Positions 38,815-52,111 of a stretch of DNA of 64,000 nucleotides are shown in pieces. Location of the stretch: positions 54,436,001-54,500,000 of the forward strand of contig NC_042999.1 in assembly GCF_006345805.1 (NCBI RefSeq). The letters run 5' to 3'. Position 1 is the first letter of the stretch. Each line of letters opens with the position of its first letter. Made by a program: the position numbers and the translations under genes. Source of the stretch: Octopus sinensis (lineage: Eukaryota). Under the pieces are notes generated by a model. That model was not told the DNA's origin and did not search any database. It was given only the letters and a program-made list of their open reading frames with translations.

Positions 38815-39012
38815 TCAAGGCCAACAATTTAAAGGGAAGAGAGATAAGTCGATTACATTGACCCCAGTACGTGAATGGTACTTTATTTTATCGAGCCAGA
38901 AGGACTGAAAGGCAAAGTTGGTCTCGATGGGGTTTGAAGTTAAAACGTAAAGCATAAGAGGAAACGTCACAAAGCGTTTTGTTGAATGTGCTGACGATTC
39001 TATCAACTCACC
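38815..39012 (-). mobile_element. SINE family A, diverged
   Basis: AAGTCGATTACATTGACCCCAGT...GAAAGGCAAAGT. Confidence 0.75.
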
Positions 39013-39300
39013 GCCATATATTAATTATGCGGTCATTTTTAATTAACTGTATCTTAAGCTTAATCTGGATAATGATAAAGGTGACAGGAATTGTGGCTGA
39101 GGTGTTACACGTATGTTCATATGGTCGTGAATTCGATTCCTGGATCGGGCGTCGCATTGTGCCCCTTTGCAAAGCATATCATTTCATGCTGTTTCATTCT
39201 GCTCAGTTAGAAATGAGCAACATCAACCATCTTGCGCTTCAGCCTTCTCGTCCTCGATACTCTTTTATGCGAAGAGTGTCTATATCCGTTCGGGAATATA

Positions 39301-40118
39301 CAGCATGCGATAGGTAAAATGTCGCCATTTTCTATTTCTAATTTCACGCATGTGCATTGCTTGTCTTTGATTTTGTCGGCTACACAGTACACAATTCACT
39401 CTACCAGAAATTTGGAAACGACATGCTGTACTGCTTAGCATCCGCACCTGAAGCTCCAACACGAACATTTCAGAGTGTTTGTGTGTGCATCTGAGGACAG
39501 TGCAATCTGAGGACATGTACTGAGTGTGATAAAAATCAAACATCCAGTCAACATCATGATGTTTGGAGTGATCACTAATGATGGTGACGTTATGTCTCCA
39601 TTCATCTTCCCACATGCCCCACACTCAACACGGAAACCGACATCAAGTGCCGGTAGGAGGTAGTGCTGCCCTGGGTCAAGAGGATGGCTGTTGGAAGACC
39701 CTGTGTCTGGCAACAGGACTCTGCATCATGTCGCTCTAGCAGGAGAACCTAGTCATGGCTGTCAGACAATTTCTGCAACCACATCACCCCTAACATCTGG
39801 CCACCTAACTCCCCATGTGAGTTATCATGTGTGAGGCGCTATTGAGCGAGAGACCAACAAAACTTCTTGTAACTGAAGGCAAAGATCATGGCAGCATTCA
39901 CCAATTTAAACAAGGAGTCTGTCCAGAAGAGTTGCAAAAGATTTCAAAGTCATCTGGAGATCATGGTTGAAGCCAATGGCTATTTTATTGAATAAATTTA
40001 CTGTTTAGTATTTCAAGATATTTTCATATAATTTCGGTAAATATATTGGTTAAAATAAGATGTCAGTGTACTTTTCATTTTTGCAGAATTTAGACGACAA
40101 TTTAGTCACCGCAGGCTG
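39301..40118 (+). mobile_element. Tc1/mariner remnant with both TIRs and TA flanks (same family as 21853)
   Basis: TA-CAGCATGCGATAGGTAAAATGTCGCC...GACGACAATTTAGTCACCGCAGGCTG-TA; decayed VWQQDSA, IWPPNSP, C-terminal EIMVEANGYFIE. Confidence 0.85.
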
Positions 40119-41699
40119 TATATGTACTTTAAAAAAATGATCGAAAGTACAATACATGTTACCGACTCAAATTTGATTTACTAGAGAGTGCCAAGGGAAA
40201 AGATACAGATTCGCCATTCTTGATAACTAAATATTTCATCAGTTAATGCATGGCGTGCACCAATCCCGGTTATATTGGCAATTGAACGGGAAAAAAAGAA
40301 CGATAACACATTAGTACCATGAAGACATCTTTACCACCTGCCTAACAAACGCCATAGCAATGGCCGAGTAAAATATGAAAGGATTTACTATAGCAGCCAC
40401 ATATAGTCACATGAAACTAATCGAATATTCAGTTTAAACCAATTAGCAATAAGATAAAATACATTTACCTTAATCCCTTTAACTATATGGCTACTTAATA
40501 TAACTAATTATATATTCATCTTCAATCACCTGTATATAACGGCTTTGATGCTACCTTAGTGTAATTATGTAGTCGACCTTAATCTAATTAATAATATATT
40601 AGCCTTAACTTAATAAGATAATCACTTTAAACTAATTATATATTCGCCTTTAGTTAATTATTTATCCGCCTTAAGCTCATTAAGTCGATATAATCTAATT
40701 ACGTATTCATCTCAACCTAATTTATTAAATTTTTAACCCAGCCCAATTATTTATCCTACTTACTAGCCCAATTAATCTCATATTCACCTTAACCTAGTTA
40801 AAAAAATATTCACCTTAACCTAATTATCTATTCAACTTAACCTCATTAATCATATACTCTCTTTCATACATTCACCTCAGCCTAATTAATTATAATCATT
40901 ACTTTATTTCAAACCCAACTGCATTCTCATTAAAATCTATTTAACGTTTATATATAATATATATATATATATATATAATGCTACTGCTATTTAGCCCTAG
41001 GAAACACCGTTTCCAATTGACCTTGACACATTTTCTGTGTTCGTATGTTTTCAAAGGGGGAGATAAGCATCTCCACCCAGATATATATATATATATCTAT
41101 AACTTTTAAATATGTTTAGGGGAAGCATTTTGAATATGTAAACACAGCTCCTATTCCATTATGCCGGCCACAGTCTTATGATGCTTAGTGGTGAACTAGT
41201 TTCCTGGGGGCTGCACCGAGCTGTACCGATATAATGCAGGATAAATAGAGTAATAAGGCGGAGCTCCAGCATGGCCGCACTCAGTTGACTAAAACAAGTA
41301 AAAGAATATAAGAATAATAACGACAATAATCCTTGGATGGAATTTATAATTTTCTTCAATGCATCGCTACGCGCGTTTCAACAAATCGCATGACTCTTAG
41401 GATCACAGACCGTATTCCCGGGATGATTACGGTGTAGTCCATAGTATCCGTCGGCATCAGGTAGATCATGTTCATGGATTCACATGTGTGTGTGTGTGTG
41501 TGTACAGTGATGGATTCGAGAGTTTCGTTTATTTACGAGTTGATTTCTTAATTTCACTAGAATGTTAATACTTATAATGGAGAGACTTAAAAACAAGAAT
41601 TAAATTTTTTTTAAATCGAACTTAACAAATTTCCCGATAAGCAAGTGGTCATATCATTATATCCTACAACAAACTACAGTACGTTTGATTCTCTTGCCA

Positions 41700-42275
41700 T
41701 CATTCAAAGACGTTGAAAACACTTCTCAAAGTTTATGCAATACTTTATCAAGTCTACTTTTAGCTGTCATGTCTCTTAGGCCGAATGTCCCTTAAAACGC
41801 ACGTCTTGCATTCGCATCTCGACTTTTTTTCCAACGAATCTTGGTGCCGCAAGTGATGAGCATGGTAAGAGGTTCTTGCAGAACATATCTGAGATGGAAA
41901 TGGGGTATCAAGCCCGGTTCAATCCACGTATGATGGGTGACTACTGCTGGTTCCTACAACGGGAGACCAGCACGGCGCATAAGCGTAAGAGCAAGTGTAT
42001 CAGACATTTCTGAGCTGAGCATATCAAAAATAATGTAAGTATCCCCTTAACATGAATATACTAAGTACCATTATATTGTAATACTATTTGCCTTGAACAT
42101 AAATTTACTACATACAATACTAATATATATAATTATTATTTCCCTTGAACTTAACTATTCCTGATTCTAATATAGTATTAATGTATAATTATGAGCATAA
42201 CTCAAAATACTGACGTGCTACAGCAATTCTGAGTTCAGATTTGGAATCAGTGTACTCGATTTAGTTTAGTGCAGT
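41700..42275 (+). mobile_element. DNA transposon 3' remnant (HSHLDFFP/SDEHGERF-type transposase C-terminus)
   Basis: Decayed HSHLDFF..NLGAASDEHGKRFLQNISEME..YQARFNPRMMGDYCWFLQRE; terminal GATTTGGAATCAG motif. Confidence 0.7.
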
Positions 42276-43259
42276 ATCATTTGTCTGGGTAGCAGACAAT
42301 AATTTTTTTCTTTATCTTTTTTTTTTTGCCCAGTGTAATATATTCACTGATCTTGCGGAAACCCTACCGAGCTGAATAAAACTCGGTGTGTGCGTCTGGC
42401 GTTCTCGTAAGTCACTGCTGAAACGATGTCTTCGTCGCTCCGATATGCATTGTGTTTGTAATACATGTCTGTGAAGTAATTTTCTCTCAAACGATTCCAC
42501 AACATCAAGCTTTTCCACGGCATGTTAATTTAATTCAGTTTCAATTTGCGCCCACGGAGTTCATTTACAGCGAGACCAAAATGTTTGCGATAGCAATGAA
42601 TGCATTATTCAGTTTCCTGTTTATCGATGCATAAAATTTCGCCTTAGCAAGTAACAAACGAATTGACAATTCCCAAGTTTCTCGAGAATCACTACAGGAA
42701 CGATGTTTGTCTCGCCCCAGTGCATATATTGTTTTAAACACAGCATGTTTATGAAGAGATTATATCTCAGACAATAAAAAAACCTGTAGTACCATGCTTT
42801 CATCAGCATATATGCATTTACAATGAGACGCAAATGGCTATTTTAAATAAATAGATAAACAGAACTTTTGTTAGGGTATGTACCTAAGGCAAATATTCAT
42901 TGTGAACCGAGGAAATATTTTTAGCAGTTTTTCATTAAGTTCTCGTGAAGGTAAGAATCAACAGCTGTGTTAATCGTTTAGACGTTGAACGTGCTAGGTT
43001 GGTCCTTCAACAATTCCCGCCCAAACACGCTCTGGTATATTATTACACAATCATAACAGATTATATTTTGATTTCATTAAGTTACGTTTTACTACAAACT
43101 GACAACCGACATTAACATCTACAGCAGTGACTTCAACAACAGAAGAAGGAAGATGAAGAGGCGGAAATGAGGAGGAGCATTCCATTGTGTCATTTAACAA
43201 CTATATACTGAGTGGATGGGTCTGTCTAAACATATATCTATCTATTATCTCTAAGTGTA

Positions 43260-43290
<31 letters not shown>

Positions 43291-43644
43291 TGTGTTCGTT
43301 TGGTATCTGTGTTTATATTTATATATGCAAGTATGTATGTATGTATGTATGTAGGTAGGTAGGTAGGTAGGCAGGCAGGCAGGTAGGCAGGCAGGCGTTC
43401 TCTTCCATTTTTTAATTATTTGAATTCTTCCCGTTAAGGAGAAGCTAGTTTCTAGCAAAAACACAAAGCAAATGTTGATCACGAAAACAATATCACATTT
43501 TGAACTTGAGAAAAGTTTTTCATATTTCTATTCTTCCAGATGTTTATTGCTTTCGTAATGTGCGAGTCTGTTGGTTGATTTCATTTTCTGAAAAACCAAG
43601 GTTATCCAGATTGTCACTTAGGCATTTACTCAGAAAACCAAGAG

Positions 43645-43982
43645 TACCTATTTTGTGGGGAGGGAGCCAGTCGATTAGAACGAACCCAGTACGCAACTGG
43701 TACTTAACTTATCGACCCCGAAAAGATGAAAGACAAAGTCGACCTCGGCAGAATTTGAACTCAGAACGTTGCGGTAGACGAAATACCGCTAAGCATTTCG
43801 CCCGGCGCGCTAACGTTTCTTATTTCTTTATTGCCCACAAGGTGCTAAACATAGAGGGGACAAACAAGGACAGACAAAGGGATTAAGTCGATTACATCGC
43901 CCCCAGTGCGTAACGTAGCGGTAGACGAAATACCGCTAAGCATTTCGCCCAGCGTGATAACGTTTCTGCCAACTCGCCGCCT
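43645..43982 (-). mobile_element. composite SINE family A (alpha and beta tails, duplicated head)
   Basis: Repeated GTAGACGAAATACCGCTAAGCATTTCGCCC; beta tail at 43815-43885. Confidence 0.82.
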
Positions 43983-44560
43983 TCAAGAGCACCAATTATT
44001 ATTATTGGTATAAAAGGGAATTTATAATCTGGAATTTATAAGCTTGAAATTTCGAAGCGGTTTTCAAAGAGATATTCACGCCAGCAGGACATCCGACCTT
44101 TGTGTTGCTTCATGCAGTTATTTGTCTGTCCCAAACTATGATGCCCGACTTGACAGATGTTTTGGTGAGAATGTTCCACCAATATGCATGTATCTGAGTG
44201 TGTGTGTGGTGTGTGTGTGTGTGTGTGATTCTATGGTGGGGATGCAAGCGGGGAAACGTAGCGAAAATGAGAAAGACAGAGTGAGAAGTGTTTGTGTACT
44301 GTAACTAAACTGGTTGTTGGGAAGGACTACTGAAGAACTTGGTCTCTATGCCAGGGTTCTAGGGAGGGTATTTGTAAGACAGGCATAAAAGAAAAACACA
44401 GGAACCCTTCATAGTCACTGAGGAGGGAATTCCAGGGAGTGGCAGTTGCAAGGCGTGAAGATTAACCAAAGTGTTTGGCGTGGCATTCGTAGATAAGACG
44501 CATTATGTTGATCCAAGCAGTGGGGAGTATATAGCGAACTAGTAGATTGGAGCAGAGCCT

Positions 44561-44610
<50 letters not shown>

Positions 44611-44646
44611 GGTGGTAGTAGTGGTGGTGGTGGTGGTAGTAGTAGT

Positions 44647-44700
<54 letters not shown>

Positions 44701-44710
44701 GGTGGTGGTG

Positions 44711-44746
<36 letters not shown>

Positions 44747-45948
44747 GTGTAAGAAGCAACGGTAAAGTCAGTAGTTTTAGTTGTTGAATAATCTGTTAAT
44801 ATTCAGTCGGATGACGTCCCTTCTCATCGCCTTCAACAGAACCCCAACAGGAATCGAACTCATCACTTCAAGACCCCCCCCCATCAGTGCCATATTGCTC
44901 CTGCTTCTGTTTCTTAGGGCGACGAGATGTCCCCATTGTGTTATATAGATTTACAAGAAATAAGCTGGACTTTGAGAATTGAGTAACTAAACAACAAACA
45001 CTACTGTGTATCTATAAACCACCAAATTCGTGTGTGATTGGCTCTCATTGATCACATTCACAAGATCGATACCCTGTTATGTTTTATTCAATCAATATAT
45101 TTGTACCGTGGTAAGTATAGAGGAGAATTATTGATTTATTTCTTTTTACTTTTTTATTTCACCTTCATCTTATTATAACATTGAATATTTTTACTGTCGT
45201 CTAATTGGTATTTTTGTAGCTGAATAAACCATGATCTGCATATCTGTGACACCCCAACCGTGACAATTCCTTCTTTTAGTAAGATACCCTAGAACTACAT
45301 TATCTATTGCGTCGTTCCCTTGTTTCAAGATAGCAGGGTATAATTTGAGGAAGATTTAGCTGCTATTTCCAGTACTAGCAAATCTACCCATCTACGATGG
45401 AGGCATAAAATGAGGGAGGGCAGTCATAACAGAATTAAGTATTGAGAAATGTGTAAATGGACTTGATAGATTACTGGGTGATGTCTTAGAGAAATCACAT
45501 TATTCTGGGTGATACAGCATTCTATTGCAGTTATATGACATGTCTTTGTGACTAAATGACATGTGATGACGATTCACTCTCGAATTAAAATAGGCTCCCA
45601 GCCTTTGTATCATGAATGGTTATGTGGACCACTCCTAACGAAAGCCAGAGTTTCCTTCGACCACTACATAAAAAGTATTAAGAAAAAAATGTTATTTAGA
45701 TATACTTTTATTTTAGCGTTTTACACTATTTTACGCTTGGTAACATTCTCACCAAAACATCTGTCAAGTCGGGCATCATAGTTTGGGACAGACAAATAGC
45801 TGCATGAAGCAACACAAAGGTCGGATGTCCTGCTGACGTGAATATCTCTTTGAAAATCGAAGAGAAGGAGAATAACAACAGAAAACCGCTTCGAAATTTC
45901 AAGCTTATAAATTCCCTTTTATACCAATAATAACAGTTGGTGCTCTTG

Positions 45949-46063
45949 AAGGCGGCGAGCTGGCAGAAACGTTAGCACGCCGGACGAAATGCGTAGCCGT
46001 ATTTCGTCTGTCGTTACGTTGTGAGTTCAAATTCCGCCGAGGTCGACTTTGCCTTTCATCCTT
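45949..46063 (+). mobile_element. SINE family A head, 3'-truncated
   Basis: GGCGGCGAGCTGGCAGAAACGTTAGC...GAGTTCAAATTCC. Confidence 0.85.
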
Positions 46064-46375
46064 AACTTAACTTTATGACACGTTTATACATTCATTGTTC
46101 ACAAAATTTCTTTATTTAAATTATGAATCATCTTCCTTCCGATGATATCAATATGACTACAAAACTTCTTTGTAGACGATATTTTTGTTTGGTCGACACT
46201 AATTTTCAAATCTCTGAAGTCCGTTGCTCTACCCACAGCGACGTATAACCGGCCGTGTGTAAACATCGGTGTGGGTAAAAATACACCTACATGATTTAGT
46301 CTGGCCCTGTGCCTTGTGTGCTGTGAATGCGCTAGCGGAATCTTTAGGAATCCGCCCATCTACGATTAGAAATAA
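46064..46375 (-). pseudogene. Helitron-type PIF1-like helicase C-terminal remnant
   Basis: LNHVGVFLPTPMFTHGRLYVAVGRAT resembles the PIF1 motif VG(I/L)YLPxPVFxHGQLYVAxSR. Confidence 0.75.
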
Positions 46376-47669
46376 AGAGATAGTATCGCAAATCTAAAGC
46401 CTCTAAATTCACGAACTATATGGGGTGGAAATCCAGAGTTAATCCTCGTCGCTGGAATTTTAACAAAAACAACAACAAAAAAATCAAAGGTGATTTATTA
46501 ATACAAAACTCAATATCCAATAAATAATAATACATTTTCACCTTTTTTTCTTGATTACTTCCTTCGTAATCCCGAAAAGCATCGTGACCATTGGTCCAGC
46601 CGTTTGACTGTGAAAAGGGAAAAGACAGACGGACACAACGCCCATTATAGTAAGAAGTTAACTTACTTTCCTTTGCTTCTTTTATTAGTTATCTCCCCCT
46701 TAATTTTTATTTACCTTTTTATGCTCATAAACTGAACAATTATCCTCAATATCCACTAAATAATCATATATATTACACAGTATTTTGTTTCGTGTCTTTC
46801 CGTGCAATTTCCGCACGCTTCACGCTTCAGCTTACCCGAAGACTCTTTGAATACCTATTTCCTATTCTTCTACACATTTCTCCCCACCCAATAACATTAT
46901 ATACGGTTCCTAATTCTCAACCAGCTTGAAATAACCATATAATTATCGATACTTTGATCTTCCTTTGAAAGTTGAGCCTGTTTTATATTGATCTCCGGCC
47001 ATCCTCTTAAATTTAATCTGAGTTTCTCCTCTTAGATTGAGTTTTCTCATAACCGACTTGGTTAGTGATAGTCTAATGAAAAAAGCCTTCTGGGTTTGTT
47101 ATAAATATTTGTCGGTGGTTGTTGATGTGTCTCTAATAAAGAAAAAACTTAGCTGGTGATAATAAAATAATACATTGTATTAAGGGAAATAAATTCATTG
47201 AAAACAATTACATGAAATTCTGAATAACTTAACTTTATGACGCGTTCTCTTTAAGAGGAGGAGAAAAATTTTGCTTAGGTTTTTTTTCAAACTGAGACAG
47301 AAATTTCAATAAATTGAAAATCTGTTATGCTTTTAATCCTTAACCATAATCCTTTACAGAGACTGGTGGGAAGCGGAAACTTGCTCCGATTGCTTACAAC
47401 TGAGTAGATTCCTCTAAAGGCCCTCAAAATACCTTGTGGTGAGGTGAAACTGAGGAACAAAGTCTGCTGCCATTCAATTAGGCTGTGCCGAGATTTGAAC
47501 TCAGAAGTTCGGAAAAACAACTCGTGACTAATCAGTAGATCACCCCACTTCATTTACTGGATCGAATAATTCATGCATGATTTAGTCGTGAATTAATTGC
47601 AGGTAACCAATGGCAATTTTGACGCACCATTTATGACCACCACTGCAAATTCCATGAATATAATCAGAC

Positions 47670-48066
47670 TCTCTTCAGTTGCTGTTGGGATGCTGATGCT
47701 GTTGCTGTTGAGCGAAGCGGTCTTCGTCCTCTTGGGAGAAGTCCGAAACGTGGTCTTTTGCTATTCGTAAGACCAGCAGAAGAGAAAGCTGGTCAACCCC
47801 TGACACCAAGAGCATCGACGGATGGATGAATGCGCATCCAGGCTCAGCGGTTGCGTAGGAAGTCGGGGACAAGAAACAGGAAGAAAGAGTGAGAGAAAGT
47901 TGTAGCGAAAGTGTACAACAGGGCTCGCCATCACCCCCTGCCGGGGCCTCGTGGAACTTTAGGTGTTTTCGCTCAATAAACACACACAACGCCCGATCTG
48001 GGAATCGAAACCGCGATCCTCCGACCGCGAGTCCGCTGCCCTAACCATTGGTCATTGCGCCTCCAC
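47670..48066 (-). mobile_element. SINE family C with an alternative 3' tail ending in (CAA/CAG)n
   Basis: Head and body as in 32590-32790; different tail, shared with 57595-57687. Confidence 0.85.
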
Positions 48067-48802
48067 TGCTGTTGGGATATACAAGTATACGAGTGAAGGC
48101 GCTCAGTTCTCGATCACTGCGTAGTGTCTCTTACTATAATTGGCTCAAGGTCTGTGAGTGAAATTGAACAAACAGAAACAGTGTGAAAGCCGTCGCCATT
48201 GTGTGGTGGGTGCAACGTGTCAATGTAATGCTCAACTATTCGCACGCTAATTCCATGAATATGTAATACTGTGTAATTATCATCGTCGAAATCGACAGAG
48301 ATCCAGTTACTTTATACACTATATCTGTAGACATTAAAATCAACCCACACTCCTTGTTTAACATTGTTTAACATAACAATGCGTTGCAAGGACATGTCCG
48401 AGTAGAGCCATGTTTCTGGGTTTTCGCATGATAATATGATACGTTGGCAGCAACGAAGACTATTGCTTCAACAAGGAGTGACTGGAAACAATGAAGTTAA
48501 AGAGATTCTGCGCGGTTAAGTCTTGCTGGATGCACCCACTTCTACATTACTAACATTTAGATTAAGAAAGGAAAATACAAGAGTGTCACTTTGGTTTATC
48601 GCATTACAATGTTGCATCTTTGACCTTTACACGGAAAATAATGAGAACTGTGCACCGAGACACCAAGATGGAGAGGCAACTCTAAGACAAACCAGAATCT
48701 GTTTAGACTCGCAAACATTATTTAGTTTTTACTTCAGCATTCTTTGACTACAATTACGTGTTGTGTATTGCATTTTATTTTTGTTTTTTTTCTTTAGTTC
48801 GA

Positions 48803-48869
<67 letters not shown>

Positions 48870-48976
48870 TATATTATTATTATTATTATTATTATTATTG
48901 TTATTATTATTATAATATTTATTATTATTATTGTTGTTATTATTATTATATTATTATTATTATTATATTATTATTA

Positions 48977-49042
<66 letters not shown>

Positions 49043-49053
49043 TATTATTATTA

Positions 49054-49096
<43 letters not shown>

Positions 49097-49150
49097 CATC
49101 ATCATCATCATCATCATCATCATTATTATTATCATTAATAATAATAATAA
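48803..49150. repeat. (ATT)n/(ATC)n trinucleotide microsatellite
   Basis: Direct reading. Confidence 0.95.
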
Positions 49151-49339
49151 TAACGATATATGTGTGTATCTAATATATGTGTGTATCTAATATATATATA
49201 TGTATATATATATATGTGTGTGTGTGTATGCGTATATGCCTATGTTTATACATGTATATAGAAATATATATATATACACACCCTAAAACTTGATAGTTTT
49301 TCTCTACTAAATATATATATATATATACACATATTCAAT

Positions 49340-49525
49340 TCAAATAAACAATCAATTAAAAAATGAATAATAAAATTAACGGACAATAAGAGGACGTGCA
49401 CAAGGAATGCATTAGCTTCGCGCTCGGTGAAAAGAAAGAGAGTTTCCCGTTTTGAGCATAGCTCTTCGTCGGAAAGAAGAAAGGAAAAAGTCCAAAGAAG
49501 GAAAACAAACATCAACAGCACGTGA

Positions 49526-49530
<5 letters not shown>
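49340..49530 (-). mobile_element. short Penelope-end-like element with degenerate HHR (49440-49477)
   Basis: Minus strand CTTT-CCGACGA-A-GAGC(TAT)GCTC-AAAACGG; core mutated. Confidence 0.5.
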
Positions 49531-49556
<26 letters not shown>

Positions 49557-49563
49557 TCCATAC

Positions 49564-49617
<54 letters not shown>

Positions 49618-49671
49618 ACACATATATTTATACACACACACACACATATATATATATATATGTATATATAT

Positions 49672-49712
<41 letters not shown>

Positions 49713-49778
49713 GGTCCCGGGTTGATCCGGGGTTAACCACAGTAAGTAAGGTACTCAATACATAGCAGAGTAAAATTA

Positions 49779-49910
49779 ATTTATTATATAGAAGGAGCTT
49801 CTACAGGACTAGTACTGTTTCATTCAAGAGAAATCTTCAGGAAGCTTCCTGAAGATTTCTCTTGAATGAAACAGTACTAGTCCTGTAGAAGCTCCTTCTA
49901 TATAATAAAT
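49779..49910. repeat. perfect 132-bp palindrome (66-bp arms, no spacer) with an HHR on each strand
   Basis: Centre AAGCTT at 49842-49847; arms identical. Confidence 0.95.
49843..49893 (+). ncRNA. type-I hammerhead motif (mirror copy on the minus strand at 49796-49846)
   Basis: AGCTTC-CTGAAGA-T-TTC(TCTT)GAA-T-GAA-ACAG(TACTAGTC)CTGT-A-GAAGCT; 6-bp stem I, 4-bp stem III, GUA triplet. Confidence 0.72.
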
Positions 49911-50231
49911 ATATATATATATATATATATGCTTTATACAGATACGTATACATGCATATGTATGTATGTATGTATGTGTCTGTGCGTGTCTGTATGTATA
50001 TGTGTGTGTAGGCACACATTGTCTCAATTATGTGTGAAATATCTGCCTTGAGTGTAGCTTTATTAACATCAGATTTTTTGTGAAGCTGAGAACATTTGGT
50101 AAGTATAAATCAATAAATAATAATAATATAGTTAAAAGAAAAAATAAATACAATTATATACTCCCCCTCAATTATACACATACCCACATATATCCCCACA
50201 CATATTTACAGGTACACAGGCACATACGCAG

Positions 50232-50262
<31 letters not shown>

Positions 50263-51100
50263 AACGTACGCATGCATAGATGAATATGTATATATATCCA
50301 ATGTAAGTGTGGGTAAATGAAAAATTTGCAAACTGGTTCATTAACCTGTCGTAATGTCGTATCAAATCGAGTTGTAAATATGGTACCTGCATTGAGTCAG
50401 TTGCTTGAACTATTGTTTATCAGTGCATGTGAGTAACAAAGACGGGGGTGTCTTTTCATTTTAGTTATCTCGCTCTTCCTCCGTCTAACCGTCACTGTGA
50501 GGAATTTATATAAGATGATATAAAATGAATAGAAGCCCAGTACCCTGTGTATTGGAAGATCAATCAACAGCAACAGTAAAGTAAATCCTTAGGTTCAAAA
50601 GTCAATAATAATAAAGAAACTAAGCTCACAAAGAATAGATTGTCTATTGATCTGACGTCCTTAAAATTGATGGTAGCTAAAGAATGAAACGAACGAAGCA
50701 GAAGGAAAAAGAGAAAGAAAAAAAATAAGAAAACAACTGGAAGAAATTTTATGGTGTTTAAAAAACCTGGCAGTAAAATTCCAGGCCTTGTGCCTATATA
50801 AGAAAGGACTATTCATATATTTCTGTTCCGTGCTGTAGTTATCGGTCCCCGTCTTGAGAGTTCCGTAAAAGCTCAGAGTTCCCATAGGAACGGCCGCTGT
50901 GATTAGACCCTTTGCCCCTTTTTACAATACAGCATGGGACGTGAGAGATAGAGTGGTGAGGAACCTCCCCCATAACTTAACCATTCATTTATAAATCCCG
51001 GAAGCAGGTAAAGCTGACTTCGACGAGATTGCAACTCATAGATGTTAGCACAATAATTTCAAATACTGCGAAGCGTATTATTCGACGCTCTCTTGATTCC

Positions 51101-51469
51101 TATTTCTTTACTACCCACAAGGGGCTAAACACAGAGAGGACAAACAAGAACAGACAAACGGATTAAGTCGTTTATATCGGCCCCAGTGCGTAACTGGTAC
51201 TTAATTTATCGACCCCGAAAGGATGAAAAGCAAAGTTGACCTCAGAACTCAAAATTGTCTATAATTCGAATTTTGGCACAAGGATTGAAATTTGTGGGGT
51301 TGGTGTAAGTCGATTACATCGACCCCAGTGTTCAATTGATATTTATTTCGTCGAACCCGAAAGGATGAAAGGCAAAGTCGACCTCGGCGGAATTTGAACT
51401 CAGAACGTAACGGCAGACGAAATACGGCTACGCATTTCGCCCGGCATGCTAATGTTTCTGCCAGCTCGC
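51101..51469 (-). mobile_element. composite SINE family A with beta tail, nested in an older family A copy
   Basis: 15-bp TSD CGCTCTCTTGATTCC at 51086-51100 and 51470-51484. Confidence 0.88.
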
Positions 51470-52062
51470 CGCTCTCTTGATTCCGTCAATTCGCCATCTC
51501 CCAAGCATCATCGTCCCCTTCATCTCCACCGCCATCACCACCATATCAACTGAAATAAGCAGCGTTGATTTCTTAATTAAGAGAAATAAAATTCACAACA
51601 GCCAATGAAGATGTCAACGACCAACAAAAGAAAGACATGAGGCATCTTAGGCACCAACGTCGTTCAAATGATTGGCGTGGTCGGTGGGAGCATAGGGAGA
51701 TGTGCTACGCAAAAGAAGGAAACCATAAAAGATATTATTAAAGAGAGTTTCTATTTGGAGTGTAGTTTGAGAAATCTCTGGGGAAATTTTAGTTTTCTGT
51801 GAAGAGAGTTTGGTATTGGAATCATTACGACATTAGACAAATGTATTTTACTCATTCATATCAATGGTTGACAGCTGCCGGTTGGCGGCGGGGGACTTGT
51901 CATATATATTATGAGCTCAACTATATCCACTGTGTATGTTGTTATATATGTACGGATGAATGTATGAATATACGGATTTATTTATCTATGTGTGTGTGTG
52001 CGTATGTGTGTAGGAAAATCCATACATATATATATAGATATATATATAATATATATATATTA

Positions 52063-52111
<49 letters not shown>

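Noticed and set aside
48400-48750. Short protein-like frames (IRWQQRRLLLQQG; ELPLHLGVSVH)
   Set aside because: Weak acceptors and no independent support
50820-50885. FYGTLKTGTDN resembling the gamma-glutamyl cyclotransferase YGTLKxG motif
   Set aside because: The match is only a few residues, and the rest of the ORF runs into low-complexity sequence with no further similarity
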